The position numbers and the translations under genes were made by a program. 64,000 nucleotides of DNA from Cycas panzhihuaensis (lineage: Eukaryota > Plantae > Cycadophyta). Positions 29,778 to 41,100 of this stretch are shown piece after piece (within the stretch, counting starts at the first letter, position 1; each line of letters begins with the position of its first letter). A model generated the notes under the pieces. The model saw only the letters and a program-made list of their open reading frames with translations, was not told the DNA's origin and ran no database searches. Location: the NCBI GenBank assembly GCA_023213395.1, contig CM041465.1:96045741-96109740 (forward strand), written 5' to 3'.

Positions 29778-29868
<91 letters not shown>
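29773..29868. repeat. (AT)30 followed by (GA)n microsatellite
   Basis: Direct reading. Confidence 0.99.
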
Positions 29869-29869
<1 letters not shown>

Positions 29870-29873
<4 letters not shown>

Positions 29874-31330
29874 TATACATAAGGATTTAAGTGTTCTAAA
29901 TGAATGAAAATCATATTTTAAAGCTAGACCAATTCAATCTAATAAATCATGTTTAGAATTATTCATTAGTTTTATTCATTCCTAATTCAAATTCATATTT
30001 GGTATCAAAGTAGGTTAATTCATAGGTTGTTAATTAAATTTTTAACCTATAGAGTGCATGAAGATAATTTGAAGAATTTGTAAGTGATTTCAATAGTATT
30101 TAATACTAGGCATATTGTGAAATAAATTTTTTATATGGAAAATCAATGGAGTGTTGGAATGATACATGAGGGTTGTATTTTAAAATGTCCTTTATGCATG
30201 TTTGGATGTTGAGTGCATAGGTATTTATGTATGTCATGACCTTTTGTTAGTGCATAGGATACTAGATTTTATTATCAATGTTAAACATATTGAAATATTT
30301 TTATAAATTATGTTAGAGGATTATCTAGTTTTAGACGAAGCATACTGAGTGGGGTTTTACTCTAAAATAGGTGTATGAGGAGGGAATAACACCAATTGGT
30401 CCAAGATGAAAACTCCTATATAGGTGGATTACTAGTTGCCACAACCTATATGGATATGAAAGCCCTAAATAGCAAAGAGCACTTGGTAGAAGAGTGAAAC
30501 ATATTACAAACCTAATAAAAAAATAATGAAATAATAGCTTCAAGTAACCAAAGAATAATAGTAATAATTGGGATAAAGGATTATAGAAATTATATCATTC
30601 TCTTTAACATGTCTATAGATTTATCCAAGTATTAAAGAGGCTTATAAATTATAAATAATGGGGATATGAGATGGAATAATAGGCATGAAGAAGTAAATAA
30701 AGAAAGTTAGAACCCTAATTATGGATTTTTGGCAATGGGGGCTATTAAGTTTTATAACAAACTTGATTATGAATTTAAGAAGATCTATCCTTTTGGTAGT
30801 CATCTCCAGTAAGTATTATATGATGTGTAATATTGCATAATAAGAATTTAAGTGATGAATTAACTAGATGATGAACCATTCATCAATTTCTACATAATAC
30901 ACTATTTGAATTAACAATTCTCAAAACCATTGAATATATGACCATATTCCAACCTGATGCCTTTGTGATAATGTTATATCTTTTGTAACCTTCCCCAAGA
31001 GACACAGATGTGCAAACCAAATGAGGATTGAGTGAACTCTCATGGCTATTATATAATATATCTAGGATAAATATTAAATTAACTCACTGTATAATTATAC
31101 ATATATATGATACCATAGTAGAATGTGAAGAGACATGTTAGGGATAAATGGCATCTATAAAAATCATATGTAGATTAAAAACACAATGTAGACACTGAAG
31201 TATAATAATTTTGATTTCACATATAAAGTACATAAAATAATAAGCTAATCCAAATAATAATTTGTGTGAGTCAAACCCTAAGGGAGATGACACTAAGATG
31301 AAGAATTCAAATTGAATCAATTCAATTTCA
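29870..31330 (+). mobile_element. Highly decayed LTR-retrotransposon remnant
   Basis: PBS-like TGGTATCAAAGT at 30000. Downstream sequence is too decayed to assign. Confidence 0.35.
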
Positions 31331-33243
31331 AGTGAGCATTTAATAAAATTTCTTAATTTTTCAAAAATATAGGTGATAGAACCATAAGATATTCACTTTT
31401 TAAAATTATAGTTGCAAAATTATTTATCATTTTATAATATTTTATTGTATTAATTTTTTTTTGTTATTGTTGGGGTTCTATTGATAAGCTCGCCTAACAA
31501 AAGTCCCTAGTCATATGGCAAGACAGGGAGCTAAAGTATTTTGTGGCTATTCCAATAGTATGTTGTAACTTCTAAAAATAAATTTTTACTATCACTTTTT
31601 GTGCTTTTTTATTTTAGTAAGTTATATAATATAATTTTAACTCTTAACATGGTGATTGTGAGATTTGTTTTTTTTTAAGTACTATACAAAGTGACTATAG
31701 ACTCTAAAACATAAAAAATAATAAAATAATAGTATATGCTTTGTAAGGGCTACTTAACACCCATTTTTTGCATGTGGTTTTTTAGTTTTTTACATGATTT
31801 TCTTTATTTTTCTACATAGACATGGGTGGAAGTTATTTTAAGTCCCACATAACTAAGCTACTCCATGTTACACTAAAGTCATATTTTTACTATAACAAAC
31901 TAGGACACTTTAAGAAAAACTATATGAAGTTGTAGCCTAATCAATAATAGAAAACTTATCAATAGAATAAGGGTGGTTACTAGAACATGGTAATTTCATA
32001 AATAAATTTAAAATCAATTGATGTTTAGTACATAGATAAAGGAGCTTCTAAACACATGATAAGTAGATTTGTAGCTCAACCTTTTTATGCACATAATATT
32101 TATGATATATGCCTTAATGGAAATATAACTTAGCTTCTTAAAAAGGCAAGTGCCAAGCTATCTAAAACTTGAATTTATAAAATCTTAAATAAAATATTAT
32201 AATTTTAGTAGAAACATATGATGAGTGGATGCAACAAACTCAAGCGAACAAGGATACTTATGAATTTATAATAGATTTTATTTTGTCTATTATAGTGTAA
32301 ATAATAAAACACAAAAGAGAGTAGGTTTATATTCTTCAAATGGGACAATATAAAAGAGATAAATTAAGGGGTAGAACTAACGAAATTATTATAGAAGGAT
32401 TTACCATCCAATTAGTCATAATCCTAAAGAGTGAAGTGTCCTTGAGTTAGAGCACATGATATAAGTACTGGACTATTGATAATTCACTCATCATTCAAGC
32501 CTTAACTATCCTTTTTTAAAAGTCTTCTTTGAAAATATTTCTACCTTTAGTTGCTATTATAATATTTAAACTCTCTAATATAACATACTAGACCTTTAAA
32601 CTATACTTGTCCTTTAAACCAAATTAGAGAATGGCATCCTACACATGGCTCACCATTGAAACAATATCATTAGACTATCTCACTGTATAATTACATATCT
32701 CATACCATGATAACAATCATAAAATATAATAACTAGTATATAGGGGATTCATTTAATCCTTATACATAAAAATAACTAGAGCATAGGGGACTTAGCTTAA
32801 CTCTATTTTAATGAAAATATCTAGAGAATAAGGGGACTTAAGTTACTGTTGGAGTGTAATGTCATCACTCAACTCCCTCTTACCTATCAGGCTTATGCAC
32901 CTCAATTTAGACATGTGATGCTTAACATGTCAAGGTAAGTTAAGGTAAGTTGAGTTAGTTTCATTTGAGTTAAGTTACATTATTTTATTATTAATTTGAA
33001 TTCAGGGGTTGAGGAGTTTCCCTCCTCCCCCAAAACTATTTATACTATGGGGTGTATAACCCTTGTGTTTTTAGACACCACTACCTTTGAGGAGATTTAT
33101 AATGCTCATTTCTACTATAATGGATTGAACAACAAGGCTTTCATGTGTTTATGCTATTGTGATTGTGATACATTGATGTATTGATGCAATATTGGTTTAT
33201 GGTTATTTGATATATGTTCTACCCTATTCTCCTATTATTATTG

Positions 33244-33388
33244 TTTCCATCATTTGGTATCAGAGCATAATCCTGTAAACATTATTTCCATCATTTGGTA
33301 TTAGAGCATAGTCCTGCAAGTATATTTTCCAACATTTGGTATCAGAGCCGTTGAGCTACATTCTATTTCTAACATTTGGTATTAGAGC
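33244..33388 (+). repeat. Tandem [LTR end + PBS] array, 4 units, period 40-41 bp
   Basis: TTTC(C/T)A(T/A)CATT-TGGTAT(C/T)AGAGC with PBS starts at 33255, 33296, 33337 and 33377. Confidence 0.95.
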
Positions 33389-34704
33389 AGGCGATTACTG
33401 ATCTATGAAGATTTGTGTAGATCTACGTAGGATTTTCAGTAGCAAGTTATATACATTCAAGTTTTTTATTCTCATATTTAAGTTATTTTCTCTTCAGATT
33501 TATAGATTTATCATATATTTTGATAGTATACAAGTTTTCATCTACTTATTTGATATTTTTCGCAGATTTACAAAAGAGCATTAGCTGCATACAAAGGCTA
33601 TTAAGTTTTTCTTCAAAGATCTACAATTTGTTACTTTAGATCTGTTATTCTTTACTATAGATCGACTTATTTCAATAAGTTTTTTCACTATTTTTAGTTA
33701 TATTTGTTTATATCTATAATATTTTTGGATATAGATTTGTTATGCTTAGGTCAGACCTACAACATTTACATAATGTTTTTGCAGATCCACTGGGTCTCAC
33801 TTCAGATCTGTGATTTTTCATCATTTGGTGATATTTTCTACAAGTTTTTTTAATAGATTTATTATATTTTTAAATAGATTCACTCATTATTGGGTTATTT
33901 TTTATGATATAATGAGTATATTCAGTGTTATTTCACAAGATTTATACAGATTCATAAAAAATTTTTTTAGCTACAAGCTATATTTCAATCTACAAAAGAT
34001 AGCAGTTGCATATCTATAACTTTTGGGGCATTTTCAGCCATTCGAAGAAGTATATACAGCAGATCTATCTATTGAAGAATACACTTGAAAGTTTGAAGAT
34101 CTCATATGTAAAGGTTAACCTGCTACAAGTCTGCAAGTCAGCTACACTACCAGGTTTTTCGATTACATTTTTAGATTTACATATATATTTCTAATATATC
34201 TATTGCAAGATACATTTGAAAAGATTTCAGATACACCTACATGTATGATATTTGCTTGGCTTATTTCTTTTTGTCAAAATATTTGAAAATTTTTTGTTGA
34301 TTTGTGCTCTATTGAATCAATAGAAAGAAAGCTTTCATTTCATTATATCTTTATTTATAGCTTTCCTTATTTCTACTAAGATATTTTTTCTATAAGAACT
34401 AGTATATATTCTAGGCCAGACTATCTCAACTTGCCTTACCAAGAGTAGATAGAAAAAAAACTCAACATTTCTCATATTTTTATATAAATATTCATATATT
34501 TTCTTTTAAATATTTTCTAAAACCCAATTTTATTATTATTGTATAGAGATAAAATTCAAAACAATACATCATATAGATGCATTTATATGTAGTGATGCCA
34601 AACTATAAGAGCACAATTTGAAGTACTTTCTTAAAGCTTATCAAATTTCTATTGACTGTAATATTTTACATCAACTTGACCACTTGTACCTCTAGAATAG
34701 GCAC

Positions 34705-34800
34705 GTTGCCATCCATTTGTCTCTTAATATCTTTCACTACAGCCATCCTTACTGCATGAGCTGCTTGGTTGGTAGCTAAAATAGCTTTATTTACCATTTC
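34705..34800 (-). pseudogene. Captured fragment resembling the C-terminal helix of plant MORN-repeat proteins
   Basis: [32 protein letters not shown] versus the family motif VNKAV.AANRAA.AARVAAVKAVQ..MDG, recalled from memory. Confidence 0.6.
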
Positions 34801-34848
34801 TAAATATATATATTGTAAGACCCATGATTTAGAAAACTACTTTTTAGC

Positions 34849-34935
34849 ATTTCTTATTTGCAATAGCAGTATATGCGGGTGGTTGTGCTCTTGTACTAGA
34901 AGAATAACTTCCACACTGGTCTGCATACCTTCCTT
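34849..34935 (-). pseudogene. CFIm25: Captured fragment of pre-mRNA cleavage factor Im 25 kDa subunit (CPSF5/NUDT21 family)
   Basis: My translation of the minus strand gives [29 protein letters not shown], versus plant CFIm25 [29 protein letters not shown]. Confidence 0.92.
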
Positions 34936-35959
34936 CAAATTGTTGATTTCATCTTACAAATGCTTTGTGTGAAGACTCTCTACCGACAACTGAATCAAAA
35001 CCCTTACTTTCTCTTCCTATAAGTTTGATATTGTGTCTTACATTTCTCTCATTCTGCTGCCACTGCTCTCGTCTTCTGTAACCTCCTGAGACGGATTGTC
35101 GACTTCTGACTCATTAGAAGACAATACACTTAGATCTTCGAAGTCACGATCAGAACTCTTAGCTCATTGAAATCTCTGCCCTTGGTGGTTCCTGGAAAAG
35201 GACAGGAGCGTGCTGCACTGCCTACTCTCTCTCTGTGCTCCCAAGTCTCAGTCGTTCCTTAGTGCGTAGCTAGCACTTTTGTGTTGGGAATCTGCTCATA
35301 ACAGTGGTGGCATACATTCTACTCATAACGGTGGCACACGCCTCTCCTCACCTATGTCAACTCTCCTCCTCTTCAACTCGTAGCTAGGCACATTGATAAC
35401 ATCCTCCGTGCAGTTAATAGACGTGCACATTAATAACAGCAATGTACTCGCTCTCCTCAAACCCCGTCTGCAATACATAATAACAATACGTAGCATTAAC
35501 TTAAATCCCATCTACAGCATTAACTTGAATCCCATCTACAATACATTTTTTTGGCGTGCTAGTGTTGCCTTAGCTGTACTTTAATAACAGCACCAAAGCA
35601 GTTATATGCAACATTAGCCATACTTTAATAACAGGGCCAATGCAGTCAGTTTCATTTTATATATATATTATTTATCTTTCATTTTATATATATAGTGTTT
35701 ATCTTTGGTGCGCAACTCGAATAACACAGCATAGGCACATTAATAACAGCGGTGTGGTGTAATAACAGCAATATCCTAGGTGCACGGTGGCAGTAATATC
35801 TTGATAACAACGCAGTTTTTTCACTTTTATATATATATAAGTGTGCATTTTATAGTGTCGACTGTAATTACATGATTATATATTAAGTGCACCCAACTTT
35901 GTTTTATATTGGTTATAGTGTAGGTCACCCATCTCTAATTACGGCTAATGTTACGGCAT

Positions 35960-37050
35960 TTTCATTTTATTGTTTTTCTATAATTTTAACATAAAGTTGA
36001 AAAAAAAAGGAAAAAATTCATTATATAATTTTTTAAATCCAGGGTTTAAAGGGTTTAAGCTTCCGGCCCCCTAGTTCCATCAAGATATCACGTGACCATT
36101 TTCCATTTAAAAGGCAGTGATTTCATTTTTTATAAACATTTTTCATTTTTATTTTTATTTTTTTTCATTTTTCATAGGGTTATTGGCGTTTTTTGCCATA
36201 ACTCCTCATTGGCTTATCAATTTCAGACGAAACCACCTCCAATAGATTAGAAATTTTTTGTACACCAATTTTGACTGATCATATGACCAATTTAGTGCCG
36301 ATTTGACCCTGTTTTGACCAATTTAACGTCAAACATTCAAAATTTTAGCCTTTTTCACACTTTTAACAAAATCACTTTTAGAACTGACTGTAATTTATTA
36401 CTGGTAAATTGTTTTCCGCCCAGATTTCTTCTACAACGATCTACATTCTATGAACTTCAATACCCACTTCTTATTTTAATTTTTTAAATTCATTTTCACT
36501 AGTATTTTAATCGCTAAAAGTGAGAATTTAGTTGTTTTAAGCATGTTTCTTAACATTTTACATAAAGACACATGTTACCATTTTTGCTATAACTTTTCTA
36601 TTCTGTATCAGATTTTAGTTCTGTTAGCTTCGTTGGGAAGCTGACTCATTTCTCTTCGATTTGACATAATTTCTTATACATTTTGACATATATTTCTTGA
36701 TTTTCAAATCATTAAAAGTTAAGGTACCTTATTGCCTCAAATCTGTTATTTTTAGACATTTTTTAATATATTTTTTTAAATTTTTTTATCAATTGAAAGT
36801 ACATTGAACAATTTTATAAACAATATTTGATCATCTTATATCATTCTATAAGTATTTTGTTAGCATTTTAACCCCCTGCTCCTTTTTAGCCTCAAAACGA
36901 AGCCTGTACCTTTGATTCACAAAAACTTGATTTCTAGGAACCTGTTTTTAGAACGGTCAGTTTTGTTGGGTTCAAATTTTGTTATCTTTATACTCGTAAA
37001 GTTTTATATCATTCTGATATCATTTAATATACTTTTGAATCCCTCAAACC
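35960..37050. other. Conserved non-coding internal module of the A/B family
   Basis: Colinear with 17340-18480. Confidence 0.7.
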
Positions 37051-37408
37051 TAAGGTTATCATTCAAACCTTCTTTTAAGGAGCATATTAATTTTTTATTA
37101 AAAATTTCTTTATATTATTATTTTTTCAAAGTGAGAAATACTTTTATATATTTTATTTTCAGCTTTTTACATTATTATCAAGGCAAAAGATCTTTATATG
37201 TGCTCTTATTCACTTTATCTCAAAGTTTATTTGAAAGGCGTACATATATTAAAAAGTTCTTTTATCAATTTAAAAAAAGATTATTTCCTTGTTATGTCTA
37301 GTTGATTGACTTTCTAAAGGACATTTAAAATCATATATATTCATTGATTTATTGATATTTTAACTTGTTAAAGCATATTCATTTTACATACTAAAGTTGT
37401 TTGATAAA

Positions 37409-38149
37409 ATGACTTAATCCCCTATTTTTTATGGCCAAAATTTTGCACAATGGCATAACATTATGAGAAACTATTTTATTGAACATAATTTATAGAAATA
37501 TTTGCAATATGATTATGATGTTAGCATTAAAGAATTTATTTGAAAGGATAATGAAGCATTAGGTTTATTATTTTGTACTGTGAATGATAAAATTTTTTCA
37601 AAGGTATGTGATTTAATAACATCTAAGTCTGTTTGGGATTTATTAATTTCTATTTATGGGGGAGATACCCCCAATGTATTTGATGAAATTTTTGATGAGC
37701 ATGTGAGACAGGTGACAGAACAAGTTAAGCATAGTGACAACACCCATGAAGATTCAGATCAAATGCAATACCACCTTGTTGCACAAGGATTTAATCCTCT
37801 ATTTGAGGGTGAGAATGAAAATGAATCATTTGACATGATGAAGAATGAATGTAATGATATGACAAAGAATGAACCTGATGATATGACAGTTGTTCAAAGC
37901 ATAAAGATTACAAAAGTTCAAGTTCAAAGCCTTCTTAATGTTCTAGTTGACAAAGTTAAAATTACAGCTATTCATCTATATTTACATCAAGTTTCATCTA
38001 CTTATAGTCTTCCTACATCATTCCATGATAAAGAGACATATGTGGCTATAAGAGTAAGAAGAGTTGATAAAGATCAAGATCAGAATTTCAAAGATTTTTC
38101 AAGTACCAGTTCCATAAGTTCAAGGAAAAGATACAAATGTTCGTGTTGA
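37409..38149 (+). pseudogene. Short Gag-like ORF (~246 codons; Copia Gag N-terminus + acidic tail) with 3 stops in the first 45 codons
   Basis: One frame from ATG 37409 through the listed 189-aa ORF. TVNDKIFSKVCDLITSKSVWDLLISIYGG is UBN2-like. Homologous to 18699-19462. Confidence 0.85.
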
Positions 38150-41100
38150 CATTAAGGGGGAGAATGTTGGAGTGTAATGTCATCACTTAACTCCCTCTTA
38201 CCTACCAAGCTTGTGCACCTCAATTTAGACATGCGATGCTCAACATTTAAGGTAAGTTAAGGTAAGTTAAGTTAGTTTCATTTGAGTTAAGTTACATTAT
38301 TTTATTATTAATTTGAATTCAGGGGTTGAGGAGTTTCCCTCCTCCCCCAAAACTATTTATACTATGGGGTGTATAACCCTAGTGTTTTTAGACACTGCCA
38401 CCTTTGAGGAGATTTGTAATGTTCATTTCTACTACAATGGATTGAATAACAAGGCTTTCATATGTTTATACTATTGTGATTATGATACATTGATGTATTG
38501 ATGCAATATTGGTTTATGGTTATTTGATATATGTTCTGCCATGTTCTCCTGCTATTATTGTTTCCATCATTTGGTATCAGAGCATAATCCTATAAACATT
38601 ATTTCCATCAATCCTCATACATAAAAATAACTAGAGCATAGGGGACTTAGCTTAACTCTATTTTAATGATAATATCTAGAGAATAGGAGGGCTTAAATTA
38701 ATCCTATCTTAGTCCAAATCCTTCACAATAATAATAAACAAAGTATAGAGGACTCAACTCAACCTATAAATTTCACACCCATAAGATAGTCTAAGGAGAT
38801 TAAGATAGTAGATCACTTGCATGCATATGCCACTAACCAATTTGATTCTTATATGAGAAGTTAGTATTCACTAAGATAAATATAGAAGATACACCCAAAT
38901 CTAGTAGGAAATGAGAACTCACTCCACTCAAGTTCCTTCTTAGAATTAATATTTAAGGCATAGGGGACTCACTCAAGCCTTATTTATAAGGAATAACTAA
39001 AGTAGAGGGGACTTAACTCAACCTTATCTTACAATCTTTTGGATAAACTCCCCTAGAAGTATTTAGCCAAGCTATAATATATTAAATAAACTAAGCATTA
39101 GATGTCCAACAACTAAACTTTATCCAAAGTAATTTTTAGCTACATTTTTTTAATTCTATAGTAGTTATCATGAAGATAAATGATCCCTATCCAAAGTGCT
39201 TTTCCTACAAACAAAGAGTATGCATTTATTCCTTAGGCTCATAGTACTTCTTAGCAAAACTGTGGATAATTTATGAAAATTTTGTTAATAGATTTTGACA
39301 CTTTCCTACTGTGTTACCAAAAATCAATACCAAATTTCAACTTTAAGCATTTTAAAATCTAAGTGGTTATTTGATTACCCCTTTCATAAAACTTGTACAA
39401 TATACATCATATCTAAAGAGAATTTCTTCTAATATCCTAAGGCTAAAGAAAATTAAGAATCAAATGTTGTCTTCCCTTCTTATATTTATAGGCTATACTC
39501 CCTTTCCTACATGATTCAGTTATGTCATTAATGCCATTAAATCCATTAATAGTTATGGGCTTTAATGACTTAGAATAATGTATATAGTGGCTGCTAAAAA
39601 TGCCTCTTAATCATTGCTATTTTGAATAAATGTTAACTACCCAACACTTCTATTTTCAAAGAATGTCTCCTCATAGGGAAATTACGGGTGGCTCCTCCTT
39701 ATTCAAATATTGAGATATCTTTATTTTAGTTCATACATGACTAGTCTAACACAATTCTAATCAAATGATAAAGTTATGATTAAAACAATAAAATTATGTC
39801 ATTTATCCCTTTGTTCTCATATTTTTAATAATTTCTAGGGGGGCATTTAGTCTCATGAATACATTTATAGGTTTGAAAGTTATATTCTTATTTGTAACAT
39901 TTATTATACATCTATGAAATCAAATAATTAAAGGAAATGTATTTACTTATTCATTTGTAAAGTTACAAGCATCTTCCTGTGTATTTTTTCATCACATAGT
40001 TTTAGAGTTGGGTGCGCTAAGAGTTTTGCTTGCAAACTTAAGAGAAATTGTTCTTTGTTTCTTTTTGTTTCATAATTTCAAAGTTAAACAACTAAAAGGC
40101 TCCACTAAATTGCTCATTTACAAACTTACAAAATCTTCTCATTGTATTCCTTGATTTTCATAGTTTTAAAGTTAAACACCTAAAAGGCTTTGATCAATGT
40201 ATTAATTCTATAATTATGAGTTATCTTTTACTCAATGGGAATTAAATAAAATTTTCACTTCAAACCTTTATAACTCTTCAATTTGATACATGGTTTTAGC
40301 ACTTTAGCACTCATTAGAAAGCTAGAAACCTATTCTTTCACTTAGTGGAATTCTTTTCTATAATTTGCATCCATTATTTGGCCTCTTTCTATCTTAAGAA
40401 TGCTTATGGATTTCTATACCTATCCTCTACCCTTATAATTATTTACCCCTCTATTCATCCCATACACATATTATGTGCACCTTCATATATATATACCTCT
40501 TTGAGCAATCTAGTTAGTTTTTGTATTATGTAAGTCATAATAAAATAAATTACATCATTCAAGGTGTTAGAGGGAAAAAGTATAACACCTTAAAACATAA
40601 CACTATAATAGACTAACTAATATAATGATCCAAAGTCAATGTATCCTCATACTTGGTGGAGTATGGAATAGGTTTCTACCTTACATAGGGTGAACAAAAA
40701 TAAGAACTAAACGATGGACCTTTATACCTAGTTAATCATGGTATGAACTTTCACCTTATATAAGGTGAATAAGTTATGAGATGAGAAGAAAATTTTTACA
40801 TTAGAATAATAGATATCAAATGAAGAAAATACTTACTTGTATACATTTATAAGTGAGAAGTGACCTATGAAATGAGGATAAGATGACCAATTTAACTCAT
40901 AGTTGGGTCCTTACATCCCTCTCCCATTCAAAGAAATATCATCTTAATGTACTTCAACTTGTTGTAAATAAGTATAGATATTATTATTACATATCATCCT
41001 ATAACTCTCAAGTGGATTATTCTAGAGTTAGGTGTTTCCATTATACTTTTACCTACCTTATGATTTTATTTTATAATATTTTCTCTATGTTTTCCAAGAT

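Larger units (their letters stand above)
32847..38610 (+). mobile_element. Element B: non-autonomous Copia-derived LTR element related to A, with host-gene cargo
   Basis: Highly similar LTRs TG..CA at 32847-33293 and 38165-38610. PPT AAGGGGGAGAA. LTRs, internal module and gag are all homologous to A. Confidence 0.95.

Noticed and set aside
32996-33184. 62-aa ORF repeated at 38313-38501
   Set aside because: It lies within the two LTR copies of B, so the duplication is trivial. No recognisable domain.
33244-33388. CRISPR array
   Set aside because: The repeat is an LTR end plus tRNA-Met PBS, the spacers are short and related to each other, the context is eukaryotic and there are no cas genes.
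34603-35511. Argument that the chimeric frame was open because all stops are one C>T from a sense codon
   Set aside because: This is true of every stop codon, so it is not evidence. A consensus of copies is needed.
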